Of a DNA stretch of 64,000 nt, positions 9,638 through 23,634 are shown one piece after another. The position numbers and the translations under genes are program-made. Position 1 is the stretch's first letter. Every line of letters starts with the position of its first letter. The notes beneath the pieces were generated by a model. That model searched no databases. It saw only the letters and a list, made by a program, of their open reading frames with translations, and was not told the DNA's origin. Location: assembly GCA_963618015.1 (NCBI GenBank), contig CAVEQS010000009.1, positions 419 to 64,418 of the forward strand, in the 5' to 3' direction. Origin of the DNA: a bacterium. Lineage in GTDB: Bacteria > Bacillota > Clostridia > Oscillospirales > Oscillospiraceae.

Positions 9638-9877
9638 AGGCCCCCTTGTGCAAAGGGGGCTGTCAGCCGCCAGGTTGACTGGGGGATTGTTTCTCCTGCG
9701 GGGAACCCCTCCGTCACGGCTACGCCGTGCCACCTCCGCCCCCCTCTCTGTCGCCTGCGGCGACATCTCTCCCCGCCGGGGAGAGTCTGCCCCTATTAGG
9801 GGAGGCAAGAGAGTTTTCTGAAAAGCCACTTGGCTCCCCTAATAGGGGAGCTGTCAGCAAAGCTGACTGAGGGGTTT
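9638..9877. repeat. Repeat cluster R2: <A2 ; B1> (carrying a ~52-nt nested hairpin insertion) spacer <A1
   Basis: Solo type-2 module (CCCCCTTGTGCAAAGGGGG...GACTGGGGGATTG), then AACCCCTCCGTCACGGC-tacg-CCGTGCCACCTCC[insert 9738..9789]CCCCTATTAGGGGAGGCAAG, a spacer, and an inverted A1 ending GACTGAGGGGTTT. That terminus overlaps the MATE stop codon. Confidence 0.85.
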
Positions 9878-11234
9878 ATGCCGCAGCCTTTGCTTCGAGC
9901 GTCGCCTTGAACGGCTTCTTCCGCACGATGAAGTAGCATACGATGTGCGCCGCCGTCGTCATGATCCAGGAGATCGGGTAGGATACATAGAGGCTCTCGA
10001 GCGTTCCGACGGTCGCGAACACCGTATACACCCAGATGATGCGGAATACGCACGCGCCCACGAACGTCACCGCCGCGGAGAGCATGCTGTAGCCCAGTCC
10101 GCGGTTCACGCCGGACATGGCCGCCATGGTGCCGTCGAGCGCATACGTTGTGCAGACGATCATCATGCGGGTAAACGCCGCCTGCAGCTCCGCCTCGCTC
10201 GAGGTATAAAGCCCCAGCACCTGCCGCCGGAACACGATCGCGGGCACCGTCAGCACGGCGGTCAAAATCACGACGAGCGCCATCGACCACCGGGCAACGG
10301 AGCGCGAGCGCTCATACTCCTGCGCACCGACGTTCTGGCTCACAGCAGTGGTCGCCGCCTGCATTACGGCGTCCGACGGGCAGTAGAGCAGGCCCTCAAC
10401 GCTGACGCACGCGCTGTTGCCGGCGATGACCGCCGCGCCGAACGAGTTGACCGAGGCCTGGATGATAAAGTTCGAAATGGAAAAGAGCGAGCCCTGGATA
10501 CCGGCGGGGATGCCGATCTTCATCATTTTCTTGAACACGTGGCCGGAGAACTTCAGTTCTTTCACCTTCATCTCCTGCGAAGTAAGCAGGCAGCGCACCG
10601 TGAGGAAGCCGGACACGCACTGGCTGAGTACGGTAGCAATGGCGACGCCCGCCACGTCGATGCCGACGACGAGCACAAAGAAGAGGTTCATCATCACGTT
10701 CAGCACACCGGCGATGGCGAGATAGATGAGCGGCTGGCGCGTGTTGCCGAGCGCGCGCAGCGCCGCGGCGGAGAAGTTATAAAGCGCCATGACCGGCAGA
10801 CCGAGGAAGTAGATCCGCAGATACACCGTGGCGAGCGGCAGCACCTCGTCCGGGCTGCCGATGAGCCGCAGCAGCGGCACCGTGAGCGCAAAGCCGAGCG
10901 CGCCGGTGATCACACCGCCGATCACGCCGACGATGATCGTTGTTCCCACGGTGCGGTGCAGCTTGTCGGTCTGGTTCGCGCCGTAATACCGCGCGCAGAG
11001 CACGCCGCCGCCCGTGGCAAGTCCCAGAAGGACGTTGATGATCAGGTTGATCATCGCGCCGTTTGCGCCGACCGCCGCCATGGAGTGCGGCCGCCCAAAC
11101 CGCCCGACGACAATGAGGTCGGCGGCGTTGAACGCGATCTGCAGCATGGATGAAAGCATCAGCGGCAGGATAAACTGCAAAAGCTCCGGCAGCAGCGGGC
11201 CTTTTGTCATATTGATCTCAAATCTTTTTTTCAT
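9876..11234 (-). CDS. MATE-family efflux transporter
   Basis: About 452 aa and 12 TM with typical MATE repeat organisation. Start moved to MKKRFEINMTKGPLLP. Confidence 0.9.
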   Translation of the reverse strand: MKKRFEINMTKGPLLPELLQFILPLMLSSMLQIAFNAADLIVVGRFGRPHSMAAVGANGAMINLIINVLLGLATGGGVLCARYYGANQTDKLHRTVGTTIIVGVIGGVITGALGFALTVPLLRLIGSPDEVLPLATVYLRIYFLGLPVMALYNFSAAALRALGNTRQPLIYLAIAGVLNVMMNLFFVLVVGIDVAGVAIATVLSQCVSGFLTVRCLLTSQEMKVKELKFSGHVFKKMMKIGIPAGIQGSLFSISNFIIQASVNSFGAAVIAGNSACVSVEGLLYCPSDAVMQAATTAVSQNVGAQEYERSRSVARWSMALVVILTAVLTVPAIVFRRQVLGLYTSSEAELQAAFTRMMIVCTTYALDGTMAAMSGVNRGLGYSMLSAAVTFVGACVFRIIWVYTVFATVGTLESLYVSYPISWIMTTAAHIVCYFIVRKKPFKATLEAKAAA

Positions 11235-11437
11235 CTGCTCACCTCGACACATACAACCTTATAAAAGACGTATATAACAGAAAGAACACGAAAAAAATCC
11301 GAAAATTTTCTCCGTGTCCGCCTATACTATTCTTAGTTTGTGAAAATTTCAAGTACCTTCGGAAAATTATCCGTTCTGGATAGAAAGCGGCGGGTTTTCC
11401 CCGCCGCTTTCTATCCATTTTGCTATTGTGCGCGCAA

Positions 11438-12118
11438 TCAGTCCGACTTTGTCGGAAGATACGGGATGAGCGCGCTCGCAAAGGCGGGCAGCGCCATTGT
11501 CTGCAATACGACGCGCCCCGGCCCGGTGACAACGGTGTTGAAAAGGCCCTCGCCGCCGAAGAGGACATTCTTCGCGCCGCGGACGGTCTGAATGTCGATC
11601 TGGCACGTGGCGTCCACCATGGCGAGATTGCCGGTGTCCACAATGATCTGCTGTCCCGGCGCGAGCGTATATTCGACCGCCGAGCCGTCGATCTCCAAAA
11701 ACGCCATGCCGTGGCCGGAGAGCTTCTGCATGATGAACCCTTCGCCGCCGAAGAGGCCGGCACCAACTTTTTTCTGGAAGTGGATGGAGAGGTCAACGCC
11801 CGGCGTCGCGGCGAGGAACGCGCTCTTCTGCGCGATCACGGGCATGTTCGGCGTGATCTCCACGGCGCGGATCGCGCCCGGGAAGCTGGAGGCAAAGGCG
11901 ATCATGCCGGGGCCGCCCTCGGCGGTATAGGTGTTCTGGAAAAGGCTCTCGCCGCCGAACATGCGGCCAAGCGCCTTGCCGAGTCCGCCGGTCTTTGTCT
12001 CCATGCGCATGTTGGCGCTCATCCACACCATGGAGCCGCGCTCGGTGACCATGCTCTCGCCCGCTTCCAGATGGCAGATGACGACGGGCATCGGCTCGCC
12101 CTGAATGTTGTACTTCAT
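11438..12118 (-). CDS. TIGR00266 / AIM24 (DUF124) family protein
   Basis: 226 aa with three repeated GGE(S/G)(L/F)F motifs (FGGESLFQ, FGGEGFIM, FGGEGLFN) characteristic of the family. Confidence 0.75.
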   Translation of the reverse strand: MKYNIQGEPMPVVICHLEAGESMVTERGSMVWMSANMRMETKTGGLGKALGRMFGGESLFQNTYTAEGGPGMIAFASSFPGAIRAVEITPNMPVIAQKSAFLAATPGVDLSIHFQKKVGAGLFGGEGFIMQKLSGHGMAFLEIDGSAVEYTLAPGQQIIVDTGNLAMVDATCQIDIQTVRGAKNVLFGGEGLFNTVVTGPGRVVLQTMALPAFASALIPYLPTKSD

Positions 12119-12146
12119 GTCGTGTCCCCCTTATGTTGATATAATA

Positions 12147-12246
12147 AAGCCTCCCTCTTTGAGGGAGGTGGCTCGCCGAAGGCGAGACGGAAGGAGTCGA
12201 CTCCCTCAGTCTCGCTTCGCTCGACAGCTCCCTCTGGGAGGGAGCC
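12147..12246. repeat. Repeat cluster R3: <B3 A3> (type-3 modules, tail-to-tail)
   Basis: AAAGCCTCCCTCtttgAGGGAGGTGGCTCGCCgaagGCGAGACGGAAGGAGT-cg-ACTCCCTCAGTCTCGCttcgCTCGACAGCTCCCTCtgggAGGGAGCC. It ends 2 nt before the asnS stop. Confidence 0.85.
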
Positions 12247-12248
12247 TA

Positions 12249-13643
<1,395 letters not shown>

Positions 13644-13673
13644 ATTTCATTCCTCCCGGATCGTATGCCTTGT

Positions 13674-13702
13674 ATTATAGGCAGACGGTTTGGCTTTTTC
13701 AA
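13674..13702 (-). promoter_or_regulatory. Sigma-A-type promoter for asnS
   Basis: The minus strand reads TTGAAA-17 nt-TATAAT, about 30 nt upstream of the GGGAGGAA RBS. Confidence 0.55.
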
Positions 13703-13715
13703 TAGGATTATGAGG

Positions 13716-13847
13716 AAAACCCCTCAGTCAGCCTTGCGGCTGCCAGCCCCCCTGTTAGGGGGGCCAAGTGGGTTTGCGAAATGCTTTCTTGCCTCCCCTC
13801 GTTAGGGGAGGTGGATTTTGCCGAAGGCAAAAGACGGAGGGGTTTTT
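13716..13847. repeat. Repeat cluster R4: A1> spacer <B1 (type-1 composite)
   Basis: AAAACCCCTCAGTCAGCCttgcGGCTGCCAGCCCCCCTgttaGGGGGGCCAAG, spacer, CTTGCCTCCCCTcgttAGGGGAGGTGGATTTTGCCgaagGCAAAAGACGGAGGGGTTTTT. It ends 3 nt before the ABC exporter stop. Confidence 0.85.
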
Positions 13848-13850
13848 CCC

Positions 13851-15602
13851 TCACGATAGCCTCTGCGTATTCCAGAGCGCGGCATAGAGCCCGTTTTTCT
13901 CCATGAGCTCCGCATGCGTTCCGTATTCGCTCACGCCCTCTTTATCGATGACGGCGATATGATCTGCGCCGCGCACGGTGGCAAGCCGGTGCGCCACAAC
14001 GATCGTCGTCCGCCCGCGGCTGAGCTTTTCCAAAGACGCCTGAATGGCGGCCTCGGTCACGCTGTCCAGCGCGCTCGTCGCCTCGTCGAGCACGAGGATG
14101 GGCGGGTTTTTCAAGAATACGCGCGCAATGGCGATGCGCTGCTTCTGCCCGCCGGAGAGCATCGCGCCGCGCTCGCCGACGAACGTGTCGTACCCCTGCG
14201 GCATTTCCATGATCTCCTCGTGGATGGAGGCCAGGATCGCCGCCTCAGCGACCTCCTCGTCCGTCGCGTCCGGGCGGCCATAGCGGATATTCTCCCGCAC
14301 GGTGTCGGCAAAGAGGAACACATCCTGCTGGATGATGCCGATGTACCGGTGGAGAGAGGATTGCGTCACAGTGCGCACGTCCTGCCCGTCCACGAGGACT
14401 TGACCGCCGGTCACGTCGTAAAACCGCGGCAGGAGCTGGGAGAGCGTCGTCTTGCCGCTCCCGGACGGCCCCACGAGCGCGAGCGTTTCGCCGGGCGTGA
14501 TCGTGAGATTCACATGCCGCAGCACCTCTTCACCGTTCTGGTAGTGGAACGAAACGTCCCTGTACTCCACGCCGCCCTTTACGTCCGTGAGCTCTTTGGC
14601 GTCCGGCGCGTCCTTCACGTCCGGCTCGGTGCGCATGATCTCGAGAAACCGCAGGAAGCCGGAGCTTCCCTTCTGGAACTGCTCGACGAACTGCGTGAGC
14701 TTTCGGATCGGCGCCATGAACACCGAAACATACAGCGAGAACGTGATGAGATCGACCGCGTCCATTTTGCCCTGCATGATGAACACGCCGCCCGCGGCGA
14801 GCGTTACGAGCTGCATGAGCGCCATGGCGAATTCGGTCGAGGCGTTAAAGAGGCCGAACACACGGTTGAACGTTTTTTTTACCTTTTTGAACCGCCCGTT
14901 GGAGACGCGGAACTTCTCCATGGCATCCTGCTCGTTGGCGAACGCCTTGACGGTGCGGATGCCGGAAACGCCGGCCTCCACGGCGGTGTTGATCTCCGCC
15001 ATCTCGCTCCGCACGGCGAGACTGGCCTCGCGCAGCCGGATCCGCAGCCGCAGCACGACAGCGAGCAGCACCGGCAGCAGCAGAAGCAGAATGAGCGCCA
15101 GCTCCCAACGGATCGTTGCCAGAATGGCGATCGCTCCGACGATCGTGAGCGATGCCTGCACGATCGTCTCCGGCCCGTGGTGGGCAAGCTCGGTGATGTC
15201 GAAAAGGTCGGTCGTCATGCGACTCATGAGCTTGCCGGTGCGGTGCTTATCAAAAAACGAGAACGAGAGCGTCTGCACCTTTTCAAAAATGTCCTCGCGC
15301 ATGTCGGCCTCGACGCGCACGCCGAGCTCATGGCCGTATACCGATACGATATACTGCGCGAGCGCCCGCAGGAGATACGCACCGAGAAGCCCCGCCATCA
15401 GCAGGAAAAAGACCTTATAAAGGCCGTTCGGCAGCAGACGGTTGAGCGCATAGCGCGTGGCATACGGGAATACGAGCTCCGCCGCCACGGCGAGGATCGC
15501 CATCACGAGATCAAGCAGCAGCAGCTTCCAGTGCGGGGTATAGTAGGAAAAGAACACCCGCACGCTGCTCTGCGAAAAATCTTTCTTTCTCCTCACGGCC
15601 AT
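13851..15602 (-). CDS. ABC exporter, fused permease/ATP-binding protein (MsbA/MdlB-like)
   Basis: Six-TM domain plus NBD with Walker A GPSGSGKTT, signature LSGGQKQR and Walker B ILVLDEATSALD. Start moved to MAVRRKKDF at 15602, overlapping the rnhA stop (TAATG). Confidence 0.9.
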   Translation of the reverse strand: MAVRRKKDFSQSSVRVFFSYYTPHWKLLLLDLVMAILAVAAELVFPYATRYALNRLLPNGLYKVFFLLMAGLLGAYLLRALAQYIVSVYGHELGVRVEADMREDIFEKVQTLSFSFFDKHRTGKLMSRMTTDLFDITELAHHGPETIVQASLTIVGAIAILATIRWELALILLLLLPVLLAVVLRLRIRLREASLAVRSEMAEINTAVEAGVSGIRTVKAFANEQDAMEKFRVSNGRFKKVKKTFNRVFGLFNASTEFAMALMQLVTLAAGGVFIMQGKMDAVDLITFSLYVSVFMAPIRKLTQFVEQFQKGSSGFLRFLEIMRTEPDVKDAPDAKELTDVKGGVEYRDVSFHYQNGEEVLRHVNLTITPGETLALVGPSGSGKTTLSQLLPRFYDVTGGQVLVDGQDVRTVTQSSLHRYIGIIQQDVFLFADTVRENIRYGRPDATDEEVAEAAILASIHEEIMEMPQGYDTFVGERGAMLSGGQKQRIAIARVFLKNPPILVLDEATSALDSVTEAAIQASLEKLSRGRTTIVVAHRLATVRGADHIAVIDKEGVSEYGTHAELMEKNGLYAALWNTQRLS

Positions 15603-16036
15603 TACGCAAGCTTTTCGCGCTCTGCAACGGCGATCTCGTCGCAGCGGTTGTTCCACTCGTTGTCGGCATGGCCGCGCACCCAGACAGCGGTGACGCGGTG
15701 CTTCTGCAGCAGAGCATCCAGCTCCTGCCACATCTCCGCGTTTTTCAGCTCGCCGTCGCGCCGCTTCCAGCCGCGCTTTTTCCAGTCGCGAAGCCACCCG
15801 TTATTCAAAGCGTTCACGATATACTGGCTGTCGGAATAAAGCTCCACGGCGCAGGGCTCTTTGAGAGCTTTCAATCCCTCAATGACGCCGGTGAGCTCCA
15901 TGCGGTTGTTCGTTGTGTCCTTTTCGCCGCCGGAGAGCTCCTTGATGTTGCCGCCGTAGCGGAGGATGGACGCCCAGCCGCCGGGGCCGGGATTGCCGGA
16001 GCAGGCGCCGTCGGTATACAGAATGATGTTTTTCAT
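15602..16036 (-). CDS. rnhA: Ribonuclease HI
   Basis: YTDGACSGNPGPGGW, TNNRMEL, YSDSQY, VRGHADNEWNNRCDEIA (DEDD catalytic pattern). Start at MKNIILY. Confidence 0.92.
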   Translation of the reverse strand: MKNIILYTDGACSGNPGPGGWASILRYGGNIKELSGGEKDTTNNRMELTGVIEGLKALKEPCAVELYSDSQYIVNALNNGWLRDWKKRGWKRRDGELKNAEMWQELDALLQKHRVTAVWVRGHADNEWNNRCDEIAVAEREKLA

Positions 16037-16058
16037 AGCACTTCCTGTTATTGATTTT

Positions 16059-16445
16059 TTAAAGCCCGCGCTCATATCGATCGCGCAGCGTGCGGTACTC
16101 GGCCTTATCGATGATACCGTTTTTAAGGAAATCTTCGAGCTGCGCGATGCGCTGCGCCTTGTCGTGGGCGAAATGATCCTCGCCGGTATTGTCGCACACG
16201 ACGCACGCAGCGTCCGGCACGTCCGGCGGCGGCATCGGCCGCCGCGGAGGAACGCTGCGCTGCGGCGCGCCCTTCGGCGGAGCGGGACGGTACGGCGCGT
16301 CCTGCGCCTGCGCCATCCGCTCGCCGTTCTTTTCGAGTTCTTTTCCTATTGTTTTAACACCGCGGCGCGCGGCCTTCTGGGCGGAAACTTTTATCAGCGC
16401 CACGATGATAAACACGATTACAATAAAAAGAGAACGAGCTTCCAT
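16059..16445 (-). CDS. Small membrane protein with Pro-rich linker and SHOCT-like C-terminus
   Basis: N-terminal TM (LFIVIVFIIVALI), a proline-rich middle, and a C-terminal LEDFLKNGIIDKAEYRTLRDR that resembles SHOCT. The ATG immediately follows the gyrA stop (TAAATG). Confidence 0.55.
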   Translation of the reverse strand: MEARSLFIVIVFIIVALIKVSAQKAARRGVKTIGKELEKNGERMAQAQDAPYRPAPPKGAPQRSVPPRRPMPPPDVPDAACVVCDNTGEDHFAHDKAQRIAQLEDFLKNGIIDKAEYRTLRDRYERGL

Positions 16446-18962
<2,517 letters not shown>

Positions 18963-18974
18963 TATGCCGCCTCC

Positions 18975-20906
18975 TTAATAGTCCAGATTGACGACGTAGC
19001 GCGCCTTATTTTCGATCCACGCGCGGCGAGGCTCCACCTCGTCACCCATGAGAACGGTGAATATCTCGTCGGCGCGCTGCGCGTCCTCGAGCGTGACGCG
19101 GCGGAGCGTCCGGCGCTCGGGGTCCATGGTCGTCTCCCAGAGCTCGTGCGGATCCATCTCGCCGAGACCTTTGAAGCGGGAGATATCCACCTTTGCGTCC
19201 GGGTTATCGCCGCGCAGCTCGCGGGAGATCATGTCGCGCTCCGGTTCCGAATACGCCACGCGCTGCTGCTTGCCGCGGCTGAGCTTGAAGAGCGGCGGCA
19301 CGGCGGAATAGACATAGCCGTTTTCGATGAGCGGCCGCATATACCGGAAGAAGAACGTCAGCAGGAGCGTCCGGATGTGCGAGCCGTCCACATCGGCATC
19401 GGCCATGATGATGATCTTGTGATAGCGGAGCTTTTCAATGTTGAACTCGTTGCCGATGCCCGCGCCGAGCGCAACGATCAGCGGATAGAGCTTATCGTTG
19501 CCGTAGATCTTATCGACGCGCGCCTTCTCGACGTTGAGCATCTTGCCCCACATGGCGAGAATGGCCTGGAAGCGGGAGTCGCGCCCCTGAATGGCGCTGC
19601 CCGCGGCGCTGTCGCCCTCGACGATGTAAATTTCGCAGAGGGACGGGTCGCGCTCGTTGCAGTCCTGGAGCTTATCCGGCATCTGGCCGGATTCGAGCCC
19701 GGTCTTGCGGCGGACGCTGTCGCGCGCCTTGCGCGCGGCCTCGCGCGCGCGGGAGGCGGAAATGCCCTTCTCCAAAATCTGCTTGGCGACGCCGGGGTTT
19801 TCCTCGAAAAACTGCTCGAGCTTATCGCTCACGACGCTATCGACCATCGTGCGGATGTCGCTGTTGCCGAGCTTGGCCTTCGTCTGGCCCTCAAACTGCG
19901 GGTTTTCAAGCTTGACGGAGATCACGGCGGTCAGACCCTCGCGGCAGTCCTCGCCGGAGAGCGTCTCCTCGTCCTTGAGAATTTTGCGCGATTTGCCGTA
20001 GTTATTGATAACGCGGGTAAGCGCGGCGCGGAAGCCCGTCTCGTGCATGCCGCCTTCGGGCGTCAGAATATTGTTGGCGAAGGACTCTATGCGCTCGTCG
20101 TAGCCGTCGTTCCACTGCATGGCGATCTCGCACATGGAGGTGTCCCGCTCGCCGGACATGTAGATGACGCTCTCGTGCACCGGCGTTTTGTGGCGGTTGA
20201 GCTCGGTGACGAACTCGCGGATGCCGCCCTCGTAGCACAGCTCCTGGCGCTGCTCCTGCTCGGGGCGCTTGTCCTCCATGATGATGGTGAGTCCGGCGTT
20301 CAGAAATGCCTGCTCGCGCATGCGCTTGAAGAGCACGTCATAATGATAGACCGTGTCATCAAACATCTCCGGGTCGGGATGGAAGCGCACCTGCGTGCCG
20401 TGCTTATCGGTCTTGCCGACGATCTTCATCTCCTGCGTAATGTGGCCGCGGGAGAATTTCATCTCGTAGATATTGCCGTTTTTGAATACGCGCACCTCGA
20501 GCCAGTCCGAAAGAGCGTTTACGACGCTCGCGCCGACGCCGTGCAGACCGCCGGAGACCTTATAGCCCCCGCCGCCGAACTTGCCGCCCGCGTGCAGCAC
20601 CGTGTAGACGACCTCGAGCGCGGGCTTGCCCGTCTGCTCCTGAATGTCCACGGGGATGCCGCGGCCGTTATCGGTCACGCAGATGCTCTCGCCATCTTCG
20701 ATGGAGACCTCGATATGCGTGCAGAAGCCCGCGAGCGCCTCGTCGATGGCGTTATCGACAATCTCGTATACGAGGTGGTGCAAACCGCTCGAGCTCGTCG
20801 AGCCGATGTACATGCCCGGGCGCATACGCACCGCTTCCAGACCCTCCAGAACCTGGATCTGGCTGGCGTCATAGGAATTGGGATTGACTGGTGTATTTTC
20901 CGACAT
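18975..20906 (-). CDS. gyrB: DNA gyrase subunit B
   Basis: 643 aa. GHKL ATPase motifs ([24 protein letters not shown]), [34 protein letters not shown]. Confidence 0.97.
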   Translation of the reverse strand: MSENTPVNPNSYDASQIQVLEGLEAVRMRPGMYIGSTSSSGLHHLVYEIVDNAIDEALAGFCTHIEVSIEDGESICVTDNGRGIPVDIQEQTGKPALEVVYTVLHAGGKFGGGGYKVSGGLHGVGASVVNALSDWLEVRVFKNGNIYEMKFSRGHITQEMKIVGKTDKHGTQVRFHPDPEMFDDTVYHYDVLFKRMREQAFLNAGLTIIMEDKRPEQEQRQELCYEGGIREFVTELNRHKTPVHESVIYMSGERDTSMCEIAMQWNDGYDERIESFANNILTPEGGMHETGFRAALTRVINNYGKSRKILKDEETLSGEDCREGLTAVISVKLENPQFEGQTKAKLGNSDIRTMVDSVVSDKLEQFFEENPGVAKQILEKGISASRAREAARKARDSVRRKTGLESGQMPDKLQDCNERDPSLCEIYIVEGDSAAGSAIQGRDSRFQAILAMWGKMLNVEKARVDKIYGNDKLYPLIVALGAGIGNEFNIEKLRYHKIIIMADADVDGSHIRTLLLTFFFRYMRPLIENGYVYSAVPPLFKLSRGKQQRVAYSEPERDMISRELRGDNPDAKVDISRFKGLGEMDPHELWETTMDPERRTLRRVTLEDAQRADEIFTVLMGDEVEPRRAWIENKARYVVNLDY

Positions 20907-20924
20907 GGGTGTTCCTCCATGAGT

Positions 20925-21185
20925 TTAATCAAAGGATATATTCTCCGCGCGCTTTAGGAGCGTCGCGGTGTTGAGCTGCGATAGATAGATCCGGGTGTTT
21001 CCGTCCTCCCGGCAGACGACGAACGATTTGGGAAGATCCTCCGCCACGTTTACGACCTTGCCCGCCTTCTCCGCGGCGCGGAGCGCTTCTCTCGTAATAT
21101 GCGAGGAGCTGGCATTATCGAGGTCGCACACGGCGACGATGCTGTCGGTCCGCACGACCGTATCCGCGCCTAAATGGAGGTACAT
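20925..21185 (-). CDS. remB: DUF370 / RemB(YaaB)-like protein
   Basis: 86 aa. Conserved Firmicutes position between recF and gyrB. Overlaps the recF 3' end by 16 nt. Confidence 0.75.
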   Translation of the reverse strand: MYLHLGADTVVRTDSIVAVCDLDNASSSHITREALRAAEKAGKVVNVAEDLPKSFVVCREDGNTRIYLSQLNTATLLKRAENISFD

Positions 21186-22288
21186 GCTTCGTTTACCCGT
21201 CCTTTTTCCATATAAAGTACGCGCCCGCCCGTCATGCGCTCCACGCTCGCCGCCTCGCAGCAGCTCACAAGCGTCTGTCCGCCGCCGATGCGGTTCAAAA
21301 CAAACTCCTGCCGGGCGCTGTCGAGCTCGGACAAAACGTCGTCCAGCAGCAGCACCGGCGTCTCGCCCGTCTCGGCGAGAAATATCTCCCGCTCGGCAAG
21401 CTTTAGAGAGAGCGCCGCCGTGCGCGTCTGTCCCTGAGAAGCGTAGCTTCGCGCGTCCGCGCCGTTGATGGCGATCTGGAGATCGTCCTTATGCGCGCCG
21501 ACGAGGCAGAGAGAGCTCTCGATTTCCGCGCTGCGGAGCTGGCGCTGCCGTTCGCTGACGGCCTCGTATATCTCCCGCTCACTCGCCGCCGGGTCAGATA
21601 CGGTCGAAACGGTGGTATAGGTGAGCGTAAGGTTTTCGGTGCCGCGGGAAAAATCGCTCTGTACGCTTTGCGCCTCCTCGGCAAGGCGCCGCGCGAACGA
21701 CGCGCGGTAGCGGATGATCTTTGCCGAGCAAAGGCACATCCCGTCCGAAAATACGTCCAGCGTATCGAGAAGCGAGGGCTTCTCCCGCCAGTCGCGCAGT
21801 ATGCGCGTTTTGTTTTCCTGCAAGCGGCGGTATTCGGCGATGAGCGCGCCGTATCCGGGGCGGAGCTGCGTAATGGCGGCATCGAGCATCCGCCGCCGGA
21901 GCGAGGCCGCACCGCGGATCATCGCAAGATCATCCGGGGAAAAGAGGATCGCCTTGAGACATTGCTCCGTCTCCCCCGCCGAGAGCTTCACGCCGTTGCG
22001 CTTCATCGTGCGCGTCCGTCCGCGGCGGAGCAGAACTTCCATGCGCTGTTCGCGCTCGGACGCGAAATACTCCCCGCGCACCGCCGCCTCGTCCTTTTCA
22101 AAGGCGATGAGTTCTTTGTCGTAATACGTGCGGAAGCTTTTTGCGCCGGTAAGCATGTACACCGCTTCCAAAAGCGTTGTTTTCCCCTGCGCGTTCGCGC
22201 CCGCAATGACGTTCACGCCCGGAGAAAATTCGCACCGCCCGCCCTGCAGCAGACGGAAGTTTTCCGTCTGTACCGCATCAACGCGCAT
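21170..22288 (-). CDS. recF: DNA replication/repair protein RecF
   Basis: Walker A GANAQGKTTLLEA, signature ASQGQTRTAALSLKLAE, Walker B VLLLDDVLSELD. The start overlaps the dnaN stop by 1 nt. Confidence 0.95.
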   Translation of the reverse strand: MRVDAVQTENFRLLQGGRCEFSPGVNVIAGANAQGKTTLLEAVYMLTGAKSFRTYYDKELIAFEKDEAAVRGEYFASEREQRMEVLLRRGRTRTMKRNGVKLSAGETEQCLKAILFSPDDLAMIRGAASLRRRMLDAAITQLRPGYGALIAEYRRLQENKTRILRDWREKPSLLDTLDVFSDGMCLCSAKIIRYRASFARRLAEEAQSVQSDFSRGTENLTLTYTTVSTVSDPAASEREIYEAVSERQRQLRSAEIESSLCLVGAHKDDLQIAINGADARSYASQGQTRTAALSLKLAEREIFLAETGETPVLLLDDVLSELDSARQEFVLNRIGGGQTLVSCCEAASVERMTGGRVLYMEKGRVNEACTSI

Positions 22289-23400
22289 CAGCTTTCCGCG
22301 CGCAGACGCACGGGCAGGATCATATAAAGGAAGCTGTCGCCGCCGTCCTCCGGCGTGATGATGCAGGGAGCGCTGCCGTTTACGATGTTGATGCGCAGCG
22401 TATCGGCGGGCGCGGCCTTAAAAGCGTCCATGAGATAGCTGTTGTTGAAGCCGACGATCATCCCACCGCCGTCGCCCTCGAGCGGGCAGCAGTCCTCGGC
22501 GCGGCCGAGCGGCGTGGAGCAGGTGATCGTGAGCAGGTTTTCCCCGAACACGCACCGGAGCGGGTTTTTCGTGCGGTCATCGATGATGAGGCTCACGCGG
22601 TCGGTGCAGCGGATGAGATCGGAGCGCTGCGCCTTGAGCTGAATGGGAAAATCGCCGGGAACGGTCTTGCGGAAGTTCAGAAATTCGCCCTCGAGACGGC
22701 GGGAGATGAGCACCGTATCGCCCACGGAGAACGAAACGTGCTTGCTGCCGACGGCGATCTTCACCGGCTCTTCGGGGCTCATGCAGATCTTTTCGAGATC
22801 GGAGAGCGCCGCGCCCGGCACGATGAATTTGAGGCTTTCCACATCGCAGGTTTCGACCGCTTCGCGGCGGAGCGCCATGCGGTAGCCGTCCACAGCCACC
22901 ATGGTCATGACATTGTTGTCCACCTCGATAAGCGCGCCGGTGTACACCGGGCGGGACTCGTTTGTGGAGATGGCAAAGCTCGTCTCGGCGATCATGCGTG
23001 CCATCGTATCCTGTGGCAGGGAGAGATTGCTGCAGTAGTCGAGCGACGGAAGATCGGGGAAATCGTCCGACGCCGTGCCGGAGATGTTGTAGTCGGCGTT
23101 GCCGCAGGCGATGTTCACGGCGTTATTCTCGTCCGAGCAGACGGAGACAATGCCGTCCGGCAGCTTGCGCACGATGTCGCCGAAGAGCTTGGCGTTGAGT
23201 ACCACGCTGCCCGGCGCGGAGACGTCCGCCTCAAATGTCGTATAAATGCCCTTTTTGAGATCGTAGCCCGTGACGCGGACGTTGTGCCCGGCCTCGATGA
23301 GCAGGCCCTCCATCGCCGGGATCGGGCTTTTGGAGGCGGCGGCGCGGCCGGCCGTGGCGACGGCGAGACTGAGCAGATATTTCTCACAGGTGAATTTCAT
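22288..23400 (-). CDS. dnaN: DNA polymerase III beta sliding clamp
   Basis: 370 aa with three-domain clamp length and pattern, immediately downstream of dnaA and the DnaA-box cluster. Confidence 0.95.
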   Translation of the reverse strand: MKFTCEKYLLSLAVATAGRAAASKSPIPAMEGLLIEAGHNVRVTGYDLKKGIYTTFEADVSAPGSVVLNAKLFGDIVRKLPDGIVSVCSDENNAVNIACGNADYNISGTASDDFPDLPSLDYCSNLSLPQDTMARMIAETSFAISTNESRPVYTGALIEVDNNVMTMVAVDGYRMALRREAVETCDVESLKFIVPGAALSDLEKICMSPEEPVKIAVGSKHVSFSVGDTVLISRRLEGEFLNFRKTVPGDFPIQLKAQRSDLIRCTDRVSLIIDDRTKNPLRCVFGENLLTITCSTPLGRAEDCCPLEGDGGGMIVGFNNSYLMDAFKAAPADTLRINIVNGSAPCIITPEDGGDSFLYMILPVRLRAES

Positions 23401-23473
23401 GGCAATTCCTCCGTTTCTTCCAGAAAGAAAGATAGAATATTTTTTAGAAGCGAGTATCAGTAGAGCAAAAACT

Positions 23474-23620
23474 TGTGGAAAACCCGGCGAAGGCCTTGAA
23501 AATCAAAGATTTTCGATGTGGAAAACTTGACCCTGATTTTTCCACAGTTTCCACAGAAGAGAGAAGCTGAAAAGTTTTGAACATTTATAAACAGTTTTTC
23601 CACATACATCTTGTGGAAAA
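23474..23620. promoter_or_regulatory. oriC DnaA-box cluster (dnaA-dnaN intergenic)
   Basis: Six 9-mers of the TTTTCCACA/TGTGGAAAA type: 23474..23482, 23517..23525, 23538..23546, 23547..23555 (GTTTCCACA), 23596..23604 and 23612..23620. An AT-rich stretch lies at about 23421..23468. Confidence 0.85.
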
Positions 23621-23634
23621 CTTTGTCTTAGCCG

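Noticed and set aside
13644-13715. T-box leaders upstream of asnS, and upstream of serS at 57734..57751.
   Set aside because: The untranslated regions are about 70 nt and 18 nt, far too short for a T-box. No specifier or T-box sequence was seen, and asnS has a plain TTGAAA-17-TATAAT promoter.
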